Origin: Azolla caroliniana
Taxonomy: Eukaryota > Plantae > Polypodiophyta
Reading direction: 5' to 3'
Length of the DNA stretch: 64,000 nucleotides
Assembly (NCBI GenBank): GCA_043228905.1
Contig: JBHGNT010000003.1
Location: forward strand, 11,408,001 to 11,472,000
Shown: in pieces, positions 1-12,300 of the stretch
How positions within the stretch are numbered: the stretch's first letter is position 1
Layout of the letters: the number at the start of each line of letters is the position of its first letter
Made by a program: the position numbers and the translations under genes
The notes under the pieces: model-generated
What the model was told of the DNA's origin: nothing
Seen by the model: only the letters and a program-made list of their open reading frames with translations
Databases searched by the model: none

Positions 1-512
1 CGAATCAACAAAAGGCCAAACAAACGAGAATTCGACGCCGACATGGAGGAACCGTCAGGTCGAGAAGCGCCGAAATGACAGCAGCGAAGGAGCTGAGATG
101 GGCCTCTTGAGCAGACAAGACGACCAAAAAGGTCGAGGTGCGCAGAACTAGATGGATCGTGGGAAGCGGAAGCAGACAGATCGAGGAGCGTGAGCAAGGC
201 CAAAAGACGCCGGGAAAAGCCGACTACAAGGATCGGCAAAGTCGTTGAGCTTGAGGGAGAATGTTGAGCAGACAAGCTCAACCTGATCCAGATTCGTTGA
301 GTAAGCCAGAGCCGGCTTGTATAAAAAGTGCTCTCTGAGCACATTGTATGTACAGAGTGATTTTTGTATTTATGATTTAGGTTGTTCTACTCTCTCTATC
401 TCTGTCGTGTAATGTGTGTGTGTAATTTAATCTTTCCATTAAACCTTAGTTTTGTTTGTTGTTTGCTATCCGGCTTAGCTGGTTTGTCTAAGCTTGCACG
501 CATTAACTTTCA
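1..512 (+). mobile_element. 3' end of Ty1/Copia element (family A): K/R-rich 3' extension, PPT, 3' LTR (262-~512)
   Basis: GTTGAGCTTGAGGGAGAA is followed by TGTTGAGCAGACAAGCTCAAC at 262, the same junction as the family A copies at 41776 and 62477. The LTR end is estimated from similarity to ...GCACGTTACTTTTTACA. Confidence 0.75.
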
Positions 513-1854
513 CATTCGGCTTTCTTCTGCTCGGTTTCTTGTCGTAGTCCCATCTTTGTCCTTAGTGCTCCGAAGCATTGATTTGGGAGTGGCTTCGTTA
601 GGCAACCGATGATGTTAACCTCGGTGTCAATCTTCCGGACTTCAAACTTCTTCTCGGTTACTCGCTCTCAGATGTGATGATACCACACCTCAACATGCAT
701 TGTCTCCGCATGATAGATTGTATTATTGATGGCTCTATGAGTCATAGTAGATGGTCGGTGATGGGTGGTCGCTTCAGCTCGTAGCCTAGAAGTTGGCAGT
801 CAGTCGGTGTAGCCAAATCGCATCCTTTGCTACTTCGGATGGTGCTATGTACTCGGCCTCTATGGTAGATAGAGTCATGCACTCTTGAAGCTTCGACCTT
901 CATGATATGGCACTATCACCGTAGGTGAAGATGTAGCCTGATGTTGACTTTTGATTATTCAGATTCCTAGCATAGTCGGAGTCGGTATAGCCTTCAACTT
1001 CGGTCGGGTTTGCCGATCCGAAAGTCAGTTGTACATCTGCGTCCCTCTTAGGTACCTGAAGATGTGCTTGATGGTCTCCCACGGCTTTAGTCATGGGTTT
1101 GACATGTACCGGCTGATGACCCCTATGACATATGTAAGGTTGGTTCGGGGTGCCACCATCGCGTACATGATACTTCCTACTGCTGATGCGTAGGGTATCT
1201 CTCCTTTGAGCTCTCTCTCCTTATCCGTTGAAGGAGAGTCTCTATCTGATAGTCGAATCGACGTCAAAAGCGGTGTTGGTGTTGGCTTCGCGTTCTCTAT
1301 GTTGAAGCGCTTCAGCACTTTGCGGATGTAGTCGGACTGGGAGAGTAGGAGAGTCCTTGTCTTCCGATTTTGCTCAATCCTCATGCCCAAAATGCGTTGG
1401 GCTTGTCTGAGTTCCTTCATTGCGAACTTGTCGTGAAGGCTTCGCTTTAGCTTTCTTATTTCAGCTTGATTGCCTCCTACAATCAGCATGTCGTCGACAT
1501 ATAGGATCAGATAGATCCAGGACTCCTCAGCCAGTTGCCGAGTATATAGACATGGGTCTGTGTCGGACCAGCTGTAGCCACGTTTTTGGATGTAGGAGTC
1601 GAACTTTTGGTACCACATCCTCGACGCTTGTTTTAAGCCATAAAGGCATTTCTTTAATCGACATACGAGGTGACCTTCCTCCCCCGTCGTCGTGAAGGTT
1701 GTCCGTTGAGACATATAGATGTTTTCTTCCAAATCTCCGTGTAGGAAAGTTGTCTTGATGTTTAGCTTCTCAAGCTCTCGGTCTTCAGTCACCATGACCC
1801 TGAGGAGGAGCCGAAGTGTGATCAGTATGGCAAAAGAGACGACAGTGTTTTCAC
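513..1854 (-). mobile_element. Decayed Copia (Tnt1/Tork-like, family B) RT-RNase H fragment
   Basis: ORF 1091-1897 contains KTTFLHGDLEE, LKKCLYGLKQ and LILYVDDML. ORF 900-1094 contains GYTDSDYA...KSTSGY. Both are broken by stops and frameshifts. Confidence 0.9.
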
Positions 1855-2179
1855 TGTTGGAGAAGTTACAGGTTGTATAAGAAAAAACTTTATTCAAAAT
1901 ACTCTATAGACTCTCTACATCGAATGTGCTTAGAGAGAAATTTTATACAAATCCTTAAAAGGACTGACAGAAGTATTGACAAGTACTTCAATTGTCATAA
2001 CTGAGCTCTGACACTAACTCCTAAATATATGCCTATCTACTAGGCTAGGATCGTAGGCCTCTAACGGCCTACCGATTACACTCTGATCCGGACACTGATC
2101 CGGCTCTCCGTTCGGGACACCGATCCGGCTATTGGCTTATTCAGCCAATCTAGATCATGTTGAGCATGTCCATTCAACA
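1855..2179 (-). mobile_element. Family A LTR remnant
   Basis: Reverse complement begins TGTTGAATGGACATGCTCAAC and carries the family A LTR core blocks (GAGTTAGTGT, TTGAAGTAC, TTGTATAAAA). No TSD found. Confidence 0.7.
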
Positions 2180-3244
2180 CCAAGAACCCTGTATTCCATG
2201 CTCGCACAAAGCACATAGAAGTGCACTATCACTTTGTGCGTGAACGGGTCCTAAGCGGTGAAGTCGAACTCTAGTATGTTCGAACCAATCGACAAGTTGC
2301 CGACATTTTCACCAAGGCTCTTGGGACAGATAAGTTACATCAATTCTTGGAGATGCTTGGTATCCAACACCTCGACGTGCCGCACTTGAGGGGGAGAGCA
2401 GTTGGGAAGAACAGCGGTTGTGATGATTAGCCGGAACACGAACCAACCGAAAGGAGGAGAGCCGAAGAAGAAGACGAATCGGCTAAGGAAGTCGAAACAT
2501 CCGGTAGAGCTGGAGCAGGCGACCAAGTCAAGGACAGAGATGACCGGAAGAAAAAGGCCAGGACCAAGACATGGTCGGATGTGGTCAAGGGTCGAGGTTT
2601 GGAGAGCCAATTCGGACAAAGAGCGAGAACAAATCGTAGACAGACGATTCGGTCAAGTGGTTTGATTCGGATGAGTCGATCTACACAAAGGCCAAGCGGA
2701 TGACAGGGCAGCCAAAGCCGATAATGAGACGGAGGAACCACAGGTCGAGGGGCCCCAAAGCCGTGACAGCGAGGGAGCTGAGAAGAGCCTGAAGAGCAGG
2801 CAAGCCGACCGAGGGACCGGACGGATCAAGAAGTGTGTGCCAAGATACAAGATGGTAGGAGGAGCCGAGGCGAAGAACGATAGAGTAGAAGGAACCGATC
2901 GGTGGAGAGCCAGATCCGCGGGGAGCTTGTAGCCGGTAGTCCGTTAGAAGCCTACGCTCCTAGTTTAGTAGGTAGTTATATTTTTGGGAGTTAGTGTTAG
3001 AGGTGCATTCATGAGCATTGAAGTACAGATAGTACTTGTGTCAGCCCACTGTCAGGGCTTGTATATAAGTGCTCTCTGAGAACACTTGTAAGTATGCGGA
3101 GCGTATTATTTTTTGAATCTAAATTTCTGAGTTTTCTTCTCTCTCTTTGTCTCTCCCGTTCTATGTTTCTCCATTGTTTCTCTGTGTTTTCTCTGTCGTT
3201 GTCTGACTGAACTCATTGTGTTCTGTTTAGCTTCCACACTTACA
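2180..3244 (+). mobile_element. Family A Copia 3' fragment: RNase H end, 3' extension, truncated 3' LTR
   Basis: Encodes [23 protein letters not shown] and RTWSDVVKG. LTR-like core lies at ~2930-3244 and ends in TTACA. Confidence 0.8.
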
Positions 3245-3387
3245 TCTTTTCATCTTGTAAAGTTGAGTTCGATGAGTAATGTAAAGAAGCGTCTCTTTAA
3301 GAAACTCTGTGAAACTGTCTACCTCTCTCTCTCTTTCTCTGTGTATATCCTCTAGATAGGAACAGAGAATCTGACCTTCACCCAACA

Positions 3388-5750
3388 CTTGTCAGTTTCC
3401 TAACTCCATACACAAAATCCTCATACGCTTCTGCATCAGTCATCCATCATCTCATCTCACAGCAGTCGACAAAGACACTCTTAGTGTCAACAAGTTTTGA
3501 CTATTCTTCAACCGATTTCGAGGTGGACATGCCAAATCCTGAACCCGATTCAGCTAGCAACCCACTAGACGAACCCAAATCAGCAAATGGTCTAGTAGCC
3601 GAATCCCAATTGGCTAGAAAATCAACCTAGACCAAATTGGCTACTAGTTCTGAATCGGCCAAGATGACAAATGGCCGGTCTGAACTAGCCAAGGCACCAA
3701 CACACTAGTCAAATACTCCTGAGGTAGAGGATGATCCGACATCAAAGCAAGAAAATTGGCATAGCGGATCCCCCCAACGATCTCCTTCAAGCAAGAAAAT
3801 TCGAACCAATTAAATTAGCACCAAGGAGATCTAGACGAGTCCGAATACTGATAGAGTTCTACCAACCAGGCCTGGACTACATCAATTACAACGACACAGG
3901 AGAACTAAGCTCCTACGAGGAATCCATTACTATGTCAAATGCCGACACATGGAAACAAGCCATGAAATCCAAAATGGTCTCGATCAAAGAAAATGACACG
4001 TGGAAGTTGGTCAAATTGGCAACGGACGGAAGCCGCTACCCTATAAATTGGTTTACAGGTATAAATATATATCTAGTTTGGACAAGCCCAAGTACAAAGC
4101 TCGGCACGTCGCCAAGGGGTTCATGCAAGAACACAACATCGACTACGGGAAGATCTTTTCTCCAGTAGTCAAGATGACAACCCCCCGACTCCTACTCAAA
4201 GTCGTAACGATGAACAACCTTGAGCTTGAACTGTTGAACATAAAGACGACATTCCTCCATGGAGAGCTGGAAGAGGACATTTACATGTCTCAGTCGGCAG
4301 GCTTCATGGCGATGGGGGAGGAAGGTCACCTTGTATGCCAATTGAAGAAAAGCCTTTACAACTTGAAACAAACACCAAGGATGTAGTACCAAAACTTTGA
4401 CTCCTACAACTGGTAGCTTGGTTACAGCCAGTCCGACTCTAACCTGTGTATGTATATTTAGTAACTGGCCGTCGAGTCCCAGATCTACCTAATCCTATAT
4501 GTTAGTGACGTGCTTATCGCCGGAAGAAATTAATTTGAAATCGGGAAGCTGAAACAAAAACTTCACGAGAAGTTCTCGATGAAGGATCTCAGAGAAGCCC
4601 AACACATATTTTGCATGCGGTTAGAGCGAAATCGGACAAAATATATATTTAGGCTCTCCCAATTCGATTACATCTAGAAGGTGCTAAAGCACTTTAATAT
4701 GGATAAATCGAAGCCGGCACCAACACAACTCCCGACATCGATCAGACTATCGGACAAGGAATCTCCTTCTACAGAGGAAGAGAGAGGTCATGAGCCGAAT
4801 ACCCTGTACGCATCGGTGGTAGGAAGTCTCATGTACGCGATGATAGTCACCCAACCTGACATTGCGTATGTCGTAGGAGCCACCAACCAGTACATGTCTA
4901 ATCCCGGAAATAAGCATTGGGAATCTGTAATACAAATATTACAGTCACTACGCGACACCGAATACTTATACCTGACTTTCAGATCAGACGAGCCGACCGA
5001 AGTCGAAGGCTTCACCGATTTCGATTATGCTAGCAACCCCAACAATCCGAAATCGACATCAGGTTATGTCTTCACCTACGGAGATGGAGCTATCTCATGG
5101 AGGTCGAAGCTACTAGAATGCACGAGACTCTCCATGACAAAGGTCGAGTACATAGCCGCGTTGAAGGTAGACAAAGAAGCATTCTAGCTGAACGGATTGT
5201 CGGTCGATTTTTCGGCAAAAAGCTGAATTGACCAACCAACACCGACCATATATTGCAACCCACAAAGCATAATCCATATCATTCGGAATCCAATATACCA
5301 CACGAACACGAAACACGAAACACATTGACGTGAGGTATCACCACATTTAGGAGCTCGTCACCGACAAAAAACTCGAAGTTCGAAAAGTGGATACCAAGGT
5401 GAATATCACCAACAGCCTGACAAAGCCACTCCCAGATCATCATTTCAGCACGCTGAAGAGACAAATGGGACTAGTCCAAGCTGAGGAGCAAAGAGGAGCC
5501 GAATCCGATGGAGCGGCAAGGGAGTCAGAAATCGGAGGGGCCGAATGAGCTGAAACGACAAAGTCAACAAGTCGAACAGTTGTAGAGGCCATTGAGTTTG
5601 AGAGAGCCGAAAGGCTACAAGATGATCGAAGGGTGGACGGAGTCAAAAGCCGATCGTTGATTTGAAAGGAGGAACAAGGACCAGCCGACAAAAGAAGTCA
5701 ATGGCCAAAGGGTCGAAAGCTGACTTAGCTAGCAGCTGATTCGACCACTA
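3388..5750 (+). mobile_element. Decayed Copia family B: IN-RT linker, RT, RNase H
   Basis: ORFs 3731-4168, 4000-4386 (YKARHVAKGF, KTTFLHGELEE) and 4681-5187 (GFTDFDYA...KSTSGY), with many stops. Ends are approximate. Confidence 0.88.
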
Positions 5751-6396
5751 GAAGACTCTACCACTGCTGATTGTCTCTTGAGCTCTAACAGATTCACTAT
5801 GTAACTGCCTTCTGTCTTCATCTTGCTATTGTTGATTATCAATGTACTATGATTCCTTCTTGTCATTGTTGTTTGCTTGATCCACGCATAAGACCCTTAG
5901 TTGTTGTCCTACAAATAACCTGCTCACAAATCTAGCACACATATTCCTATCAAACATCATGTAATTGGCATAACAGTTTTTTAAGTGATTGCAGGAATTA
6001 TGTTGTAATTACCCTTAATTGGGCTCCTTGAGGCATGCCATGCACTAAATGCTGTTGTCAAAGTAGGAATGACATTATCTTGATTACAAATATTACATTC
6101 TGATATGGCTCATGTATAGTGTCTTGCATTCTAGTCTTGCACATCTTGGAAAAACATGCAAGCAAAATTTTATGCATTCATGGTTACACATTACCATGAT
6201 TTCTCTTTTCCATTTCGGAAAGAATATATATATCGTACACAATTAAACTGATCGTGGTATTTCTTGTTGTGCGTTGCTACGAAAACAATTACAATGTTGG
6301 AAGGATATAATTCAAACCATCATTTTGTTTATCATTAATCTTTTCGTTCATATTGTAAATGATATGTAACATGATTTCCACTAGTTGAACAATACG

Positions 6397-9300
6397 TTAT
6401 AATTCTTGTGTTTCACTTAGAAACTTCCATGGACCAGTAGCAGTACCTACCCTGCAAATCAAATGCTGTTTATTGTAAAACATAACCCAATATAGTTTAA
6501 AAACATCTTTACAAGAATGTAAATAAATTTCACCACCATTAAATAGATTGGTCACCTCAAAAATCCTGCAAACATCCTAAGTGTCATTAGCATGGTCAAT
6601 CCAGTCCAAATACCCAAGAACCCCCATGTTGAAGCAGATATGGCCATCAATATTGAAGATATTATTGTGATAATTATCTGCAAGAATCAATACATTATTC
6701 AGGTTTCATTATATATATAAATGCTCTATAGCATGTGCCTTCAGGATATAGTACGGATTTTTACAGATACAAAATGCATACTTACAGGATACCATTTATT
6801 TTGGGGTTTTTCATGAATAAATATTTAGGGTGTTTACAATGCCATTAAAAATGCTGTAAATTAATGTGTAAGAAAACTCTTGCATTCATGTGCCATGGTT
6901 ACATATTTTCGTGGACACACTATTTAAACATTGATCTCTAAGCATAGAATCTGAACCAAAAAACTTATCTTGCCAATAATTAGCTTACCATTGATTGAGC
7001 TGCATAACCAAAGTCCAAGGCCCCAAAATAAAGACCATCAAAAACAAATGCTAACGAGTTTATTGGTTGTGTAGCTGCCACAAACTAAGACATTTTGCCC
7101 AAATTTAGCAGAGAGCATCGCTAGTCTAAACCGAGAGCAATGTGTCACAAGAATTAAATAGATTTATATTTAAATTTGAAAATCTTTTCAATCATTGTCT
7201 GACACATGCTTCAACGTTTTTAAGTATTTTTCTTTCATGATGATATATAGTCTTATGAGAGATGTGGGCCTATGATGTAATTCCATCACATCATCACAAG
7301 TTAAAAAACTTACAGGGATCCCCAGTGCCAGAAACTCAAGAACCTGAGGGTCGTTTGTGAAAAGCTTTGAAAACATACTTAGTCCAAGACCAAGAAACAC
7401 CAATAATGCGAAACCAAAAGCACATGCCATCTACAAAAAATCATTATGAAAACGTTTACAATAACAAAACCACAAGATGCCTAATTGGGTCCCAAACAAC
7501 ACAATTTCAGCTTGTATCATTACCTGCAGTGTCCGGAAAGCAGTAGCTTTTGCTAGCTCATAGTCACCTTTAGCTAAAGAACTTGCTATAATAGCCTAAA
7601 GAACATAGATAGTGCAAATGATCCAAAAATTGAATCGTGAATTTAAGATATTATTTCAGTTAATAGAATATTTTATCTCATAGGGTATACCTGACCAGCA
7701 AGAGCTATGGCATCAGAAAGAAGGGATGCAGCCAACCACGTTTGCATACATATCTGGTGTGCTGCCATTGGAATTGCACCTTGTTTTGCCGCCTGTGATG
7801 TAGCGAAGGTTAAGCAAAGCATTGCTGCAGTAGAACGGGCAAGTAAAAGACCACCTATTCAACAGAACCCCATTACTTCGAGACACTTTTTCCTATCAAC
7901 TTTTACTTGAATTTATTTTCTTTTCAATTTTAAGGTTTTACATGTTGGCTTTTGATGGAAATTCTGACATGCGGTGTCGTTGACTTCTCAAAGAGCCCAC
8001 GTGATGGTGGATTTTTTTAATTTAATAAAATAAATAAAATACCTTCAAGTGGAAAAAGGGAACGAAAAAGTGAGAAAAAAAGAGAACTGTTTTTCATTAC
8101 CATTTTTCAGAAATCTGTCATACTCAAGATCGCTTAGTTTTGGCGGCAGAAGCACAACTTTTTCACTCATCTTCCACAACAAGACCAAAGCAATGAAGTA
8201 CCTACAAACATTTTCATATCAAATATCATAAGGTAATTTTCTGAGTAAGTTCAAACAATCATGAGAAAACATCAAAATCAGATTGAGTAGGTAAACCCAT
8301 CAGAAACTCACCAAGTAGTTAACAGAATCCTTCAAAAAACTGGAGTTCATACAACCTTTTGACTTACTCTGATATGACAGTTGCCACAGCAGCTCCACCC
8401 ACACCATAGCCAAGAGAGAAAATGAGAATGGGGACAAGCACCATATTGATTATATTTCCAGAAACTGCAAAGCCAAAAGCAAATGCAGCCATATTGCTGA
8501 CATAAGAGAGGAACAATGTGTATTGATTGTTGCATGCATATGTATAACAACCATGTGCATGATTTCAAAGTCAGATTAAGGCTATCGTGAGATAGAAAAT
8601 TATGCTAACATTGTCTAGAGGCCAAATTTAACAAGAAATGATTATACCTGTTACATTATCTCATTATCTTAGATTATCATGGAAAATGGGAATTAAGGAA
8701 ATAAAAATGGCATATTAAAAATAATAAAAGAAGCCATAAAACATGTATATATCATTATTAAAGTAAGGCAAATAGGTGATGTGGCCAAGTTTTAATTACT
8801 ACATAATCAATGCATGATTACATGTATTTAAATGCTCCATTTCAATTTTTATTTTAGCTACAGAAGACATTTTAGTTAAAAGATTCCACACACCAGTAGC
8901 ATAAAGAGGAGTTTTTGTGTCTTTGAAACCCCGGAAGACACCTTGTGTCGCCAAGGATACAACCACTGCAGGTGCACCCAATGCACGCAGTGTCAGGTAT
9001 TGTTGAGCTGGAAGCCGCATATTTGAATCCTGTACTTCAAATTTTGGATATGAGCATGGAACTTTTTTATCACCTCATTGGGATAAATTGTTTTAAATCG
9101 CCTTCTATAGGACAAATTAGCAAGACTTTGTAACTGATTTGCTAAACATTATTTATCAACTTACTACAGGCACTCCCATGATGTCCAAAATTGGCCCTGA
9201 TCCAGCTGTCAATAGAATGAGTTCAAAGAAACCAAGCACACATGCTACAACTAATGCTGTTGAGACTGCTGGTAAGCTTTTTTTTCTGGAGTCATCTATC

Positions 9301-12300
9301 TGCTTCACTGCAAGTTTCTTCTGGACGATATAACTTGAAGTCTCGTCTGCAACGGATAAATATTTCTAGCTTAAGCTTGATTTTGTTACTGAATTAAAAA
9401 CGAAATATCATGTTGTCTTACCTACACTAATATCTAGAGGAGAAATTTAGAGTTCTTCCAAAGAAAGAAACAAGATTAATCAAATAACATTGTTATACCT
9501 AATCAATAATAACAATCTATTTATTACTACTAACTAAGGTATAGAGAATAAGCCATTACTTGTTCAGAGCTTCTCATAGACCCTCAACTCATAATCTGTG
9601 TCTATATCCTCAATTTCAATGAAATTAATAATTTTCCCAGTCGTACACAACTGTCTATTTGTGGAAATCAATTGGACAGCTTCCATAGAAATAAATATGT
9701 CTTAAGATTTAATTTAATTAGGAATTTGTATAGTAACTAACTCCCTGTTACAATAGGCAGCAACAAATTCTTTTTGCTGCTACTTCTGTTCTCTGCTCCA
9801 TCCATTATCTTCATTTTATATCCATGCAATACCTTCCCTTCATGAATTTCCATCCACTTGCCATTAACCATTGTATTTTTATTGTTATGTAATCCAATAT
9901 TTTCACTATTTGACATTTACAACTATGTTCCCTAGTGTTATGTGTTGGGAATAAAGGGCCATCGTGCCTTTTATTAGTGCACGAGTGTGAACGCACTCGT
10001 AGGACACTTTTGACTTGTATATACATAATATCTAAAAACCAAAAAAGAGGTACACTCTCTGTACCCAAGACATTGTGCATCTCTCTCTCTCCCTTTATCT
10101 CTCACGCTGACTCTCTCCCTCTCTGTTTTTGACCTAAACCCTAATCCTCGTGCTGCCTTCATTATGTTCTTGCATGTAGTCTTGAAACAAGACTGATAAT
10201 TTCCCATCACAAATTCCAATCCAAATCTCATGATCTAAGATTTATAATCGATAAATCAGCAAAATGCTATATGAAACCATATAAAGACTGATAATGCATG
10301 ATTTGCAGTAAAAAATGATGATTTGCAGGTTCAACAGCTACCAAACAATGAGCATTGGGTTAGGAGATCGTCTAGAGTTACTAGACAGCCTGACAGATTT
10401 GTTCCTGATGCAAACAGTGTGGCTGATTATGTCATGGTAACTGATTGTGGCGAACCGACTTGCTTCAAGGAAGCAATGGACAGACAGGAAAGCAAGATTG
10501 GTTGCAAAAGGATACAAGCAGGAATATGGAGTTGATTTTGATGAGATCTTCTCGCCTGTAGTCAAGATGACTACATTAAGAATCATTTTGGACTTAGTTG
10601 CAGCTGAAGATATGGAGCTCATATAGATGGATGTGAAGACCGCCTTTTTACATGGCGATCTGCATGAAGACATATATATGCAGCAGCCTGAAGGTTTTGT
10701 GGCTAAAGGCAAAGAGAAGATGGTTTGTAAGCTCAAAAGGAGTTTGTATGGGTTGAAACAAGCACCAAGAGAATGGTATCATAAATTTGATGCATTTATG
10801 CAGTCTCAAGGTTTTCATAGAAGTCAAGTAGACCACTGCTTGTACACCAAGAAGGCAGGAGATGGCAGCCTGATTATCGTGGTTTTGTATGTTGATGATA
10901 TGTTGATTGCTGGCAAGGATATTCATGCCTTGGATTCATTGAAGCAAAGCCTTCATAGCAGCTTTAATATGAAGGATCTTGGTGATGCAAATCACATCCT
11001 TGGCATGCAAATACTCCGAAACCGGTGAAAGGGGTACTCTTTCTATCTCAGCAGGAGTATATCTCTAAGGTTTTGCAGCATTTCAATATGGAGGGGGGGA
11101 AAACAATTGGGGTTCCATTGCCTCCATATTTGAAACTCAGTGCAGAAAACAGCCCTACATCTGATGATGAGAAGGCTGAAATGGCTAAGGTTCCATATGC
11201 TTCAGCCGTTGGCAGTTTGATATATGCGATGGTTGCTACATGCCCTGATATTGCCTTTGCAGTGGGAGTGGTTAGTAGGCACATGGCAAATCCCGGCAAA
11301 TAGCATTGGGAAGCGGTGAAAGGTATTATGAGATACCTCAAAGGCACAAAGGACTTGGGCATTTGCTTTGGAAAGCAAAAGGCATCTGTCGGTTTTACGG
11401 ATGCGGACTATGCTGGTCACGCAGACTGCAGGAAGTCTACTTCTGGGTATGTGTTTACTTTCACAGGAGGAGCGGTCTCTTGGATCTCCAGACTACAGAA
11501 GTGTGTTTGCATTGTCTACTACAGAGGCAGAGTATGTTGCTGCCACTGAGGCATGCAAAGAGGCTTTATGGCTTTCATATCTAGTGAGAGATCTTGGCAT
11601 TACAGAGTTACCTATTCTTCATTGTGACAGCCAGAGTGCTATCATGCTAGCTCGGAATCCCGTCTTTCATGCAAAGACGAAGCACATAGAGGTGAAGTAT
11701 CACTTCATCAGAGATGTACTTGACAGCAAGAACATTGAGCTTGTCAAAGTACATACAAATAATAATCCTGCAGATCTTCTCACGAAGGGTCTTCCTGCTG
11801 AGCAATTTGCTAATTGCCGACAGATGATGGGAGTTGGATAGATGTATGTAGTTCAGCTTTGTACATACTTGGACTTAGCTGACTTTCTTTTCTTTGCTTT
11901 TCTTCTCACGGCACATTGCCTTTAGGTGGGAGGTTGTTGGGAATAAAGGGCCATCGTGCACGAGTGTGAACGCACTCATAGCACACTTTTGACTTGTATA
12001 TACATAATATCTAAAAACCAAAAAAGAGGTACACTCTTTGTACCCAAGACAGCGTGCATCTCTCTCTCTCCCTTTGTCTCTCACTCAGACTCTCTCCCTC
12101 TCTGTTTTTGACCTAAACCCTAATCCTCGTGCTGCCTTCATTATGTTCTTGCATGTAGTCTTGCAACAAGACTGATAATTTCCCATCACAAATTCCAATC
12201 CAAATCTCATGATCTAAGATTTATAATCAATAAATCAGCAATATCCTATATGAAACCATATAAAGACTGATAATGCATGGAATAAAGTCCATAATCCATA

